Below, piece by piece: positions 1 to 7,277 of a DNA stretch of 37,796 nucleotides. The DNA lies in IMG/VR virus record IMGVR_UViG_3300027038_000043, positions 1 through 37,796 of that record; one strand, given 5' to 3'. This DNA is from a virus (taxonomy: Duplodnaviria; Caudoviricetes). The translations under genes and the position numbers were made by a program. Under the pieces are notes generated by a model. That model was not told the origin of the DNA. It did no database searches and was given only the letters and a program-made list of their open reading frames with translations. The stretch's first letter is position 1, and the number at the start of each line of letters is the position of its first letter.

Positions 1-1
1 C

Positions 2-1093
2 ACTTTTGCCCAAGCCCCCATCGTGCAATACAATGGCTACACCGGACGTCTCGAAGATCACATGCAGGATCAGATATGGTTGGACATAGACGCGAAGTTC
101 CAATTCCGCCCGACTAAGGAGTTCTTTCAGACAGTTGTTGGTAGCATAGCACGCCACAACACATTTCACCCAGTCCTTGATTATCTGAGCAGTTTGAAAT
201 GGGATGGAATTGCCCGGATAGATGAATGGTTGATTAAATATGCCGGTGCTGCGGACAGTGAATATGCTAGATCCGTTTCGAGTATGGTTCTAATGGCTGC
301 AGTGAAGAGAATAAGACAACCAGGATGTAAGTTTGATGAAATCACTATCTTAGAGAGTGGACAGGGATTGCTTAAATCGAGTGCTCTGAAGAGTCTTTGT
401 TATCGAGAAGAGTGGTTCACTGATGATTTGCCGTTGAATGTGGACTCAAAGATCGTTATTGAGAGGACTGCAGGCAAGTGGATTATCGAGGCATCGGATC
501 TTTCAGGCATGAAGGCAGCACAACAAGAACATTTGAAGGCTCTGCTGTCACGACAAGTAGACGCAGCAAGACTGTCGTATGGTCGATTATTGTCCGAAGT
601 GCCTAGGCAATGGATCATTATTGGCACAACTAATCACCAAGTGTATCTGAAGGACGCAACTGGAGGACGACGATTCTGGCCAATGAGGATTAAGCAATTT
701 GATCTTGATGGATTGAAATCTGTGAGAGATCAGCTATGGGCAGAGGCTGCTGCTCGGGAATCGAGTGGTGAATCAATTCGTTTGTCTCCTCATCTTTACA
801 AATTTGCTGAATTGCAGCAAGAGCGTAGGAGAGAGGAAGATCCATGGGAAGAAGTGATTCGCAAGCATTTTGACGAGCATAAACGGATGAGAATAACAGT
901 GAATGAGCTATGGGATTTGGTGCATGTGCCGGTTGAGAGGCGAAGCAATGTTGATCAGAAACGGTTATCAGACATTATGACACAGATGATGTTTAAGAGA
1001 GGACATGTGCGGCCGTTCGCCGGAGGCGATGCAGCAAGAGGATGGAAGAGAGACGGAGATCCTGATTTATTTACACGAAAAGATGAGGATTAA
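2..1093 (+). CDS. VapE-like (virulence-associated protein E) primase/helicase, 5' truncated by window edge
   Basis: Frame is open from base 2. Motifs FHPVLDYL, PGCKFD, Walker A-like ESGQGLLKSS, Walker B-like IIEASDL, IIGTTN and DATGGRRFWP are typical of the VapE domain. The C-terminus looks like a winged helix. Confidence 0.88.
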   Translation, partial: TFAQAPIVQYNGYTGRLEDHMQDQIWLDIDAKFQFRPTKEFFQTVVGSIARHNTFHPVLDYLSSLKWDGIARIDEWLIKYAGAADSEYARSVSSMVLMAAVKRIRQPGCKFDEITILESGQGLLKSSALKSLCYREEWFTDDLPLNVDSKIVIERTAGKWIIEASDLSGMKAAQQEHLKALLSRQVDAARLSYGRLLSEVPRQWIIIGTTNHQVYLKDATGGRRFWPMRIKQFDLDGLKSVRDQLWAEAAARESSGESIRLSPHLYKFAELQQERRREEDPWEEVIRKHFDEHKRMRITVNELWDLVHVPVERRSNVDQKRLSDIMTQMMFKRGHVRPFAGGDAARGWKRDGDPDLFTRKDED

Positions 1094-1099
1094 TGTTGA

Positions 1100-1128
1100 T
1101 TTACTTCAGAGAGATACCGGCGTATAAT
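1100..1128 (+). promoter_or_regulatory. sigma70-like promoter
   Basis: TTTACT (1100-1105), 17 bp spacer, TATAAT (1123-1128), 7 nt before the ATG at 1136; possibly a leaderless transcript. Confidence 0.65.
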
Positions 1129-1135
1129 AGAGTGT

Positions 1136-1570
1136 ATGCAAACGTACATTATTGCTTACGGAGCCGAACTCGTGAAGATTGGACGAAGTAGAGATGCACG
1201 AGGAAGAATTAAGCAACTTCGTGGATTACATCCTGTAGACAACATTGAAATCTTAGCGATTATAGATGATGACATTGAACAAGAGTTACATCAACGATTT
1301 GGACATTGTCGTAGAAAGGGTGAGTGGTTTCAGAGGACAGATGAGATAGAGGAGTATGTTCGGGAAGTAGGTGTGAGCAAGGACCCGGTTGAGGTTATTC
1401 TTGAAGATTGGTTCTGGAGATCTGGAGAGCCAACTTCGATTTCTTACAGAGATCTCCGTGATAGAACTAACAAGAAACACATAAATCAAGATAGAGTGAC
1501 AGACATAGTGAGGGATCTTGGTGGACATCATTGGTATCGGAACCGAATAGGGTGGTTTCGGATCCCGTAG
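1136..1570 (+). CDS. T5orf172/MUG113-type GIY-YIG nuclease domain fused to a VapE-like C-terminal domain
   Basis: TYII...VKIGRS...RIKQL...EQELHQRF..R.KGEWF signature. The C-terminal 60 aa resemble the C-terminus of the upstream VapE. Confidence 0.82.
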   Translation: MQTYIIAYGAELVKIGRSRDARGRIKQLRGLHPVDNIEILAIIDDDIEQELHQRFGHCRRKGEWFQRTDEIEEYVREVGVSKDPVEVILEDWFWRSGEPTSISYRDLRDRTNKKHINQDRVTDIVRDLGGHHWYRNRIGWFRIP

Positions 1571-1607
1571 GTTCGAGTGGATGAAATGTGAAGAAGCTCA
1601 CAGCCTT

Positions 1608-1859
1608 GTATACGCGAATACCGCTGTATACGCCCCCCAGCCAAAGTTACCTGATCGGACCATGCCCCCTCAATGCCTTTCAGCCTTATATTACGTTTAC
1701 AAAGTATACAACAACAAAAGGGTAATAAATACGGCCATGGTCCGTAAACGCACCGTAAACTTTGACGTAAACTTCAGAGCTCCGTCTGAGCTCTCGACGT
1801 TTACTGAAGATTCCGCCCACGACTATGTATTTAGCCCGCAACACGTTTACAACGTTTAC
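1608..1859. repeat. GTWWAC iteron-like cluster, putative replication origin
   Basis: GTATAC at 1608, 1626, 1704; GTTTAC at 1695, 1799, 1845, 1854; GTAAAC at 1744, 1755, 1767; inverted repeat AGAGCTC-N5-GAGCTCT at 1776-1794. Lies downstream of the helicase. Confidence 0.55.
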
Positions 1860-1928
1860 AAGATGTAGGAATTCAGAAGGCGGGTGCTGAAAACCGGCGG
1901 GAAATCGCTCGCTCTTCCCGAGTAAATC

Positions 1929-2078
1929 TTACTCGATTTCTAGTTTTTCCCGAGCTTGTTTGGCCAATCTGGATATGGCCACGAGGTGTGTCAGCGCTGC
2001 GTCGTGCCTCATCCTATCACTATCTTCCGATAGCTCCAAAATGCGGTCCAGGTAGTAGATAATGTCCTGTTTCTCCAC
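1929..2078 (-). CDS. small hypothetical protein (49 aa)
   Basis: GTG start preceded by GAGGG; helical sequence MEKQDIIYYLDRILELSEDS... Confidence 0.5.
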   Translation of the reverse strand: MEKQDIIYYLDRILELSEDSDRMRHDAALTHLVAISRLAKQAREKLEIE

Positions 2079-2180
2079 GAAATCCCTCACTTTTAGGTGA
2101 AAATATGGCAAATTTGTTTGATTTTGGTGGTGTTTCTGAGTAATGCAAGTCCAAACTGTGGCACATAGAGAAATGAAATC

Positions 2181-2537
2181 CTACTCTTTCTTGCGGGTAT
2201 ACCATCCAGCAGGCGACCGTTCCATCTCCGGTCGCTTGTCCGCCTGCTCTTGCCGTTCTGCCATCCTCGCGTCGATATCATGCTCTGCCGCCGCATCGAC
2301 GTCGCTTGGTGAAATCGGTCGCGTCTTGTACCAGGAGTCCGCATCATCCTGGTTCTCGGGATCCTGACCCATTGGGTCCCCCGTCGGATTCCTCTCGATA
2401 TACTGGGCATATCGCTCACTGCTCAACACGTCGCTCGCCACTGCCACAATCTTGTTGAAATACTCCTCGTAGGTGATGGCTCCCTCGAGCAACTGCATTC
2501 GGACCTTCTCTTGCGCTTCAAAGAACTCTCGAAACAT
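2181..2537 (-). CDS. hypothetical protein
   Basis: ATG with GGAGG SD, directly downstream of a consensus-like minus-strand promoter. Confidence 0.7.
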   Translation of the reverse strand: MFREFFEAQEKVRMQLLEGAITYEEYFNKIVAVASDVLSSERYAQYIERNPTGDPMGQDPENQDDADSWYKTRPISPSDVDAAAEHDIDARMAERQEQADKRPEMERSPAGWYTRKKE

Positions 2538-2557
2538 AACCTAACCTCCAGGCTACC

Positions 2558-2586
2558 ATTATACTATGCCTTGCCCTAAATGTAAA
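2558..2586 (-). promoter_or_regulatory. sigma70-like promoter (leftward)
   Basis: Minus strand TTTACA, 17 bp spacer, TATAAT. Confidence 0.75.
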
Positions 2587-2697
2587 GAGAAAGTTTTGCC
2601 GAAAGTTCTTGGTCTGTTTCATGATTGGGAAAATGTAAAGACAAATCGTTCTCGAAATATCCTCCCAAGACAAGAACACGTAGAGAAGGCGTACACG

Positions 2698-3223
2698 ACC
2701 CCAGGAATCAAGTTGTGATTTGCATGATACTGGGGGTACGCTGGTTTGATCTACTAGACCCACAGCGCCGCCTGGCACCAACGAGCCCAGGAATCTAGCT
2801 GTCCCCACTTACGATTTGCGTATATAGCCATAGCTAGACCCACAGCGCCGCCGGTCGCCGGGCCTGTGGGTCTAGTTGACGATTAGGGTACGGTAGGCCG
2901 CGTTTGGACCCAACTAGACCCAGCGGGTCCGCTATGGCCCTTGCCGACCCACCCTAGCTAACCTACTGACCTGCCGAGGCTTAGGCTAGGCGCCCCTGTG
3001 GGTCTAGTTGTCCTAGGGTAGGCTAGGGTAGCCTAGAGGCCGCCAACTAGACCCCTGGAGGCGCTGGCAGCCCCGGCTGTAACCTACTGACCTGTCTGCA
3101 CTTAGGCTCCCAGCGCGCGCGGACGTTTTGACCGGCTAACCCCTGACAGGTCAGTAGTTTATAGTAACCGGACTTTCTAACGTTTTGAGTAGGTACGATA
3201 ACTCCAGACAGGTCAACGGGTTA
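2698..3223. repeat. non-coding block with two interleaved repeat families
   Basis: Six CTAGACCC-core repeats in both orientations (blocks starting near 2754, 2834, 2863, 2911, 2995, 3044) and four 25-bp TAA-N19-TTA sites (2959, 3080, 3137, 3199). Confidence 0.85.
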
Positions 3224-3233
3224 ACCCCCGTCC

Positions 3234-3261
3234 TTTACACCCGTTCAAATCGGCGTATAAT
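3234..3261 (+). promoter_or_regulatory. sigma70-like promoter (rightward, early gene array)
   Basis: TTTACA, 16 bp spacer, TATAAT; shares CGGCGTATAAT with the promoter at 1100. Confidence 0.7.
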
Positions 3262-3513
3262 GGTATCACGGTCGGGGGCGGTAGAAAGGGTTAAGGCCTC
3301 CGGGCGGTGCGGGTAGGGAACGGGCGGTATAGCGGGTGGGTGCGAAACGGGTGCTCACAGCGAAGCCAAGAACCAGGACCTTACCAGTAAAGAAGCGGGT
3401 GGCCCAGTGGGTGCTCTCTTGGAAGGTGGGTAAGTGTACCATCAACAAGAAAGAAGACCAGGCCGAAATCCTCTAGGGGAAACCGCGCCAGGATAGTCGG
3501 TTGTTGCGTGTTC

Positions 3514-3570
3514 GGCTGGAGCCGCGCGGGTTCCAGCCCCTCACGGAGCAATCATGCTCCTACGAAAGGA
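3514..3570 (+). repeat. double-hairpin leader element, copy 0 (diverged)
   Basis: GGCTGGAGCC/GGTTCCAGCC stem, then GGAGCA-ATCA-TGCTCC, then GAAAGGA SD. Confidence 0.7.
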
Positions 3571-3580
3571 CTATCTTCTC

Positions 3581-4030
3581 ATGGCTACCAAGTATTCACT
3601 CGAAGCGAAGTTCGTCGCGAACGGTTCCAAGCTCAAGGTCTATGCCCACGAGGGCAAGCGTGGAATCAACATCGGCGTCACCATCAAGAATCCGGGGATG
3701 CGCGCGGTCACCGGCTGCCCTGCGTGCGTGCAGGACCAGGACGTCGCAGCGGCTCGTTTCTACGAGCTCGTGAACGACGCAATCTCGCTCGGGTGGACTC
3801 CCAAGTCGACCACCAGCGGTGTCGCAACGCGTCGGACATCGTTCTCGCTGGTGCCGGCTGCTCCCGGCTTCGTTCCGCCTGCTCCCGAAGTCATCGCCGA
3901 AATCGGCGGCGACCCGGTGGACCAGGACGGCTTCGTCAACGAAGACGTTTCCTCGGATCTGACGCCTCCGGCGGCTCCGGATCCGGCGGCGATCGTCAAC
4001 GACAAGCCGAAGTCGCGTCGTCGTCAGTAG
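3581..4030 (+). CDS. hypothetical early protein
   Basis: ATG after GAAAGGA SD; strong GC3 codon bias; Pro/Asp-rich C-terminus. Confidence 0.8.
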   Translation: MATKYSLEAKFVANGSKLKVYAHEGKRGINIGVTIKNPGMRAVTGCPACVQDQDVAAARFYELVNDAISLGWTPKSTTSGVATRRTSFSLVPAAPGFVPPAPEVIAEIGGDPVDQDGFVNEDVSSDLTPPAAPDPAAIVNDKPKSRRRQ

Positions 4031-4093
4031 GACTCTGCGGGGTGGACAGGAAATGTTCCTGTCCATCTCGGAGCACTCCTGCTCCCTCCGAAA
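4031..4093 (+). repeat. double-hairpin leader element, copy 1
   Basis: GACTCTGCGGGGTGGACAGGA-loop-TCCTGTCCATCTC-GGAGCACTCCTGCTCC. Confidence 0.9.
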
Positions 4094-4103
4094 ATGGTGC
4101 AAC

Positions 4104-4298
4104 GTGAAGGGACCAATCATCGGCTTGGAACCGTCTGACCGCGAAGGTCAGCCGGATTACGAAATCCGTCTCGGGAAAGATCATCGCGTCTACTGCAACT
4201 GTGCGTCGTGGCGGTATTCGCCCGCTCCTGCGAAAACCTGCAAGCATCTTAAGCGTTTCAATGCGAAGATCGTCGCTGCTGCGGCCGCTGCGGCATGA
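4104..4298 (+). CDS. small SWIM-type zinc finger protein
   Basis: GTG start after the element; YEIRL...YCNCASW...TCKHL matches the CxC-xn-CxH SWIM pattern. Confidence 0.75.
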   Translation: MKGPIIGLEPSDREGQPDYEIRLGKDHRVYCNCASWRYSPAPAKTCKHLKRFNAKIVAAAAAAA

Positions 4299-4369
4299 CT
4301 CTGCGGGGTGGGCATGAGAAATCATGCCTATCTCGGAGCACTCCTGCTCCCTGCGGTTCCGAAAGGACC
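4297..4369 (+). repeat. double-hairpin leader element, copy 2
   Basis: GACTCTGCGGGGTGGGCATGA-GAAA-TCATGCCTATCTC-GGAGCACTCCTGCTCC-CTGCGGTTCCGAAAGGACC. Confidence 0.9.
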
Positions 4370-4374
4370 AATCA

Positions 4375-4656
4375 ATGGTCAATGGCACAGTCGTCAAGAT
4401 TGTCTCCGGCAAGAAGAACCTCGGCGTCGTCGGCAAGGTCTTCTGGCAGGGTCAGACCCGCTTCGGGTCACGTGTGGGTCTGAAGCAAGAAGGTTGCGAC
4501 GTTGCTATCTGGGTTAAGTCGAACGAAATCCAGATTCTGGGCGCACCCGAGGGCGATCCTCAACCCGATCTCACCGATGTCGTCCACGCGCTCGAAGCGC
4601 GCGTCGCTATTCTCGAAGAATTCATCTCTACTCTTGTTCCTTCAGTCGTGGCGTAG
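4375..4656 (+). CDS. hypothetical protein (KOW/SH3-like N-terminus, short coiled coil)
   Basis: ATG after GAAAGGA; GTVVKIVSGKKNLGVVGKV resembles a KOW motif. Confidence 0.72.
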   Translation: MVNGTVVKIVSGKKNLGVVGKVFWQGQTRFGSRVGLKQEGCDVAIWVKSNEIQILGAPEGDPQPDLTDVVHALEARVAILEEFISTLVPSVVA

Positions 4657-4716
4657 GATGGCCGCGGGGAGGGCAGGGCCAAATGTGTCCTGCTCCTCTC
4701 GGAGCTCTCCTGCTCC
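4657..4716 (+). repeat. double-hairpin leader element, copy 3
   Basis: GCGGGGAGGGCAGGGC-loop-GTCCTGCTCCTCTC-GGAGCTCTCCTGCTCC. Confidence 0.85.
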
Positions 4717-4729
4717 AGGAAGGTGGTCT

Positions 4730-4969
4730 ATGACCACTGTATTTGTGGTCTGTCATCTGGATGGCCGCTATGTCCAGGTGTACAGCGATGTGCGCGCGGC
4801 GAATCGTTTCATCTCGGATACTGGTCGTCGTGGTCTTGGAGGCTACGACGAGTATGTTATCCACACGTGCCCTATGTGGTCGTCAGCCGATCTCGCGATT
4901 GGCGACCAGGTACATGAAATCGTGGACCGGCGGTCCTCCCCTCGGTGGGATGTGGATCCTCGGGACTAG
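4730..4969 (+). CDS. hypothetical protein
   Basis: ATG after AGGAAGG, exactly bounded by element copies 3 and 4. Confidence 0.7.
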   Translation: MTTVFVVCHLDGRYVQVYSDVRAANRFISDTGRRGLGGYDEYVIHTCPMWSSADLAIGDQVHEIVDRRSSPRWDVDPRD

Positions 4970-5031
4970 GACTCTGCGGGGTGGGCGCGAAATGTCGCGC
5001 CTAGCTCGGAGCTCTCCTGCTCCTGAAAGGA
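4970..5031 (+). repeat. double-hairpin leader element, copy 4
   Basis: GACTCTGCGGGGTGGGCGCGA-AATG-TCGCGCCTAGCTC-GGAGCTCTCCTGCTCC-TGAAAGGA. Confidence 0.9.
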
Positions 5032-5206
5032 CGTGTCGCGTTGCGATAGAATGGTAACCTCACAGTGAGTGTCTCTGCCGGATCCAGGCAGGAAAGATCA
5101 GAGACACGAGGAACAGGAGTCTGGACCATGCGCTCAACCTGGGCCCAGGCCGAGGACGTCCTTCGGGACATTCCCTCGCGCGCGCATGGCATGATAAATC
5201 GCGCAG

Positions 5207-5279
5207 GAATCTGCGGGGTGGGCACGGCTGCGGTCGCGCCTAGCTCGGAGCACTCCTGCTCCCTGCGGTTCCGAAAGGA
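5207..5279 (+). repeat. double-hairpin leader element, copy 5
   Basis: GAATCTGCGGGGTGGGCACGGC-TGCG-GTCGCGCCTAGCTC-GGAGCACTCCTGCTCC-CTGCGGTTCCGAAAGGA. Confidence 0.9.
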
Positions 5280-5283
5280 TCTC

Positions 5284-5358
5284 ATGCGTATCTACGATTC
5301 TCTTTCGAACGCCTCGAAATCGGCGCTCGCGACAGCTCAGAAGGGACGGAGAAAATGA
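5284..5358 (+). CDS. 24-aa peptide MRIYDSLSNASKSALATAQKGRRK
   Basis: ATG after the element SD; stop overlaps the next ATG (ATGA). Confidence 0.5.
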   Translation: MRIYDSLSNASKSALATAQKGRRK

Positions 5359-5507
5359 AACTCCTGAAAGTCCTTCTGTTGCTGTCTCTCACTCCGTTGG
5401 CTCTCATGTTCTCGTGGTTCGGGCTCGCTGTGCTCGTGTTCCTGATCTATCGAGTGGTCATGAAGGCGACGCCGCCTGTCGTTCACTACGTGCGCGTGGT
5501 GCGATGA
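5355..5507 (+). CDS. 50-aa membrane protein
   Basis: Hand translation MKLLKVLLLLSLTPLALMFSWFGLAVLVFLIYRVVMKATPPVVHYVRVVR; ATGA overlaps at both ends. Confidence 0.7.
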   Translation: MKLLKVLLLLSLTPLALMFSWFGLAVLVFLIYRVVMKATPPVVHYVRVVR

Positions 5508-5905
5508 GCAACTGTATCGAAATCTCTGGTCGAGTCTTGAAGACCTTCAGCGACAGCGAAATTGACATCGCTGCGCTGAAGGCCCTCATTGAGTCAGTCC
5601 AGGATCTTCCGAGCGCGCCGAAATCCGGCGACGAGTATCTTGCGTGGTGGTTCCTGACAAGTCAGTGCCACGACAGCACGTGGTTCTCCGAGAGCGGATC
5701 GTATGTTACGATTCCGTTCGGTCAGTGTCGGTCTACTCACACGTGGCGCGACTTCCGCGGCACTCTGTCCTTGTTGGCGAAATACGCCCGCAAGCCGATC
5801 AAGATCACGTTCATGCTTCGCGACGTGGATTGGGATAACAACTCGAAGCCTGGTCCGCTGGTGGTGCGCCTGACCCCTGGTGGTCAGGTAGACTTCGTAG
5901 AGTAG
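5504..5905 (+). CDS. hypothetical protein
   Basis: ATG coupled to the upstream stop; 133 aa. Confidence 0.75.
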   Translation: MSNCIEISGRVLKTFSDSEIDIAALKALIESVQDLPSAPKSGDEYLAWWFLTSQCHDSTWFSESGSYVTIPFGQCRSTHTWRDFRGTLSLLAKYARKPIKITFMLRDVDWDNNSKPGPLVVRLTPGGQVDFVE

Positions 5906-5913
5906 GAGGCGAA

Positions 5914-6027
5914 ATGCTGCGCTGGTTCAGGATCTGGATTCACCCTGTTCGATGGGTACGACGCTTTCGCTTGCTCTACGAGCAAGGATTCAGCTGGAAA
6001 TTTATTCTCCAGAACTTTTGGAGATAG
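5914..6027 (+). CDS. 37-aa Arg/Trp-rich peptide
   Basis: AGGAGG SD; MLRWFRIWIHPVRWVRRFRLLYEQGFSWKFILQNFWR. Confidence 0.6.
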   Translation: MLRWFRIWIHPVRWVRRFRLLYEQGFSWKFILQNFWR

Positions 6028-6095
6028 AGTCGGGTAGCAGGAGAGACGAGAGGGAAGGACAGCAAACTTCCCGATCGTTTCCTGAACGGATTATC

Positions 6096-6124
6096 TTTAC
6101 AACAGCGGCAAAATACGCTATACT
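6096..6124 (+). promoter_or_regulatory. sigma70-like promoter
   Basis: TTTACA, 17 bp spacer, TATACT; preceded by a long imperfect hairpin at about 6038-6084. Confidence 0.65.
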
Positions 6125-6281
6125 GGTGGTCGTTCCGCTTTGCGTGCTGCTGGTCCAGGAAATCGGCGAACTCTTTCGTGTCCTCGGTGCAAGGCACGGC
6201 GAGTGCTGACGCCTGCTGACAGGGATCGGGGATACGTGTGCGACGCGTGTGCGGATCGCTGCGGAACGTGGGTGGGACTGA
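6125..6281 (+). pseudogene. small CxxC..CxxC zinc-finger gene, probably truncated or frameshifted
   Basis: GGRSALRAAGPGNRRTLSCPRCKARRVLTPADRDRGYVCDACADR has no SD-supported start. Removing one T near 6260 gives ...ADRAERGWD-stop with a TGATG overlap to the next ATG. Confidence 0.4.
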
Positions 6282-6367
6282 TGTTATTCCTGCGAAATCT
6301 CTACTTTCGACTCATCGAGTGGCGCAACTACGAACCGCCGGACTATATCCGGCAGAGGATGTGGTAG
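6281..6367 (+). CDS. 28-aa peptide
   Basis: ATG in TGATG context; MLFLRNLYFRLIEWRNYEPPDYIRQRMW. Confidence 0.4.
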   Translation: MLFLRNLYFRLIEWRNYEPPDYIRQRMW

Positions 6368-6369
6368 AT

Positions 6370-6624
6370 ATGGATGCTCCTGCGATTGCTGTCGAGACCG
6401 ACTACGACGGATACTTCGAGCGACTCGTGAAATCCTGGGTCGCTCGAAAATCAGGCAAATTTAATCATTCGCTCATCCACATCACAGCCGGACCTTATCG
6501 GTCCGCTGCTGTGTCCTTCGAGAAGGACGGCGACACGCTCCATCTCGACTTCTACTCCGCGCTCCGCACTGGTTTCGGCGCCCTGTCGGAGGCCGAAATC
6601 CTCCAGATCATCGAGCTCCTGTGA
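6370..6624 (+). CDS. hypothetical protein
   Basis: Tightly packed ORF with GC3 bias. Confidence 0.7.
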   Translation: MDAPAIAVETDYDGYFERLVKSWVARKSGKFNHSLIHITAGPYRSAAVSFEKDGDTLHLDFYSALRTGFGALSEAEILQIIELL

Positions 6625-6830
6625 TGAAAGCAGCCGACATCCCTGCAATGACAGTGCGGCAGGTGATTGAGATGCTGGAGAAATTCGAGGATCACCAGGA
6701 CCAGAAGTTAGTGTTCAGCGACGTGAAATACGGTGACTTCGATCTCATCGGGTCTGTTGGATCTTATTTGAGTGAGGACAATTTCCAACAAGATCATCGT
6801 CCTATTCTTCGGTTGCGCAAGAGGAAATGA
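6624..6830 (+). CDS. hypothetical protein (MTVxxxIExL-type small phage protein)
   Basis: TGATG coupling; MTVRQVIEMLEKF. Confidence 0.7.
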   Translation: MKAADIPAMTVRQVIEMLEKFEDHQDQKLVFSDVKYGDFDLIGSVGSYLSEDNFQQDHRPILRLRKRK

Positions 6831-6831
6831 A

Positions 6832-7077
6832 ATGTTCAAGTTTGTGCGCGACGGCGTCGAGTGGCACGGATTTCATCGAGTGTCTAGTCCAAGCGACGTT
6901 CCTGTTGGATGTTTCTTGGTGCTTATCTGGTTCGATGGCGAGCCAGATCTCTGGGCCACCGAGACAGAGGACATCGAGTCCTTGCAACGCTATTATCGTC
7001 GAGAGTGGCCACAGCACGACATTCCCTTCACAATCTCTCGGGTCGTGAACTTCGGTCTAGATCTGGCTGTGAAATAA
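6832..7077 (+). CDS. hypothetical protein
   Basis: GAGG SD, ATG one base after the upstream stop. Confidence 0.7.
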   Translation: MFKFVRDGVEWHGFHRVSSPSDVPVGCFLVLIWFDGEPDLWATETEDIESLQRYYRREWPQHDIPFTISRVVNFGLDLAVK

Positions 7078-7277
7078 TGGCCGGAAGATGGGTGTTCCCA
7101 CTCGATCCGAACTGCGAGAAGGCCAACGCTTTTCTCGATTCACTCTACAACGATCCGATGTCGGTGGGTGCTCCACTGGACGACATCACAGAGGACTTCG
7201 AGCGCAATCATCGCAAAACGTGTGTTCAGTGCCAGGAGTATTGTGCTGCCAATGTGGATGTGGAATATGGCTACTAA
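7077..7277 (+). CDS. hypothetical protein with H/CxxC motif
   Basis: TAATG coupling; C...HRKTCVQC. Confidence 0.7.
   Translation: MAGRWVFPLDPNCEKANAFLDSLYNDPMSVGAPLDDITEDFERNHRKTCVQCQEYCAANVDVEYGY

Noticed and set aside
1581-1868. 95-aa ORF
   Set aside because: It overlaps the GTWWAC repeat cluster, and its repeated VYxVYK peptides simply mirror the DNA repeats.
3514-5279. CRISPR array
   Set aside because: The repeats are 60-75 bp and variable, the intervening sequences are 175-460 bp and mostly coding, and no cas genes are present.
4031-5279. Hammerhead ribozyme or tRNA identity for the repeated element
   Set aside because: There is no CTGANGA core correctly placed relative to GAAA, and no cloverleaf or TTC loop. 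Other ribozyme classes cannot be excluded by eye.
4031-5279. Classical integron attC sites or intrinsic terminators
   Set aside because: No RYYYAAC/GTTRRRY boxes, no integrase in the window and no U-tracts after the stems.
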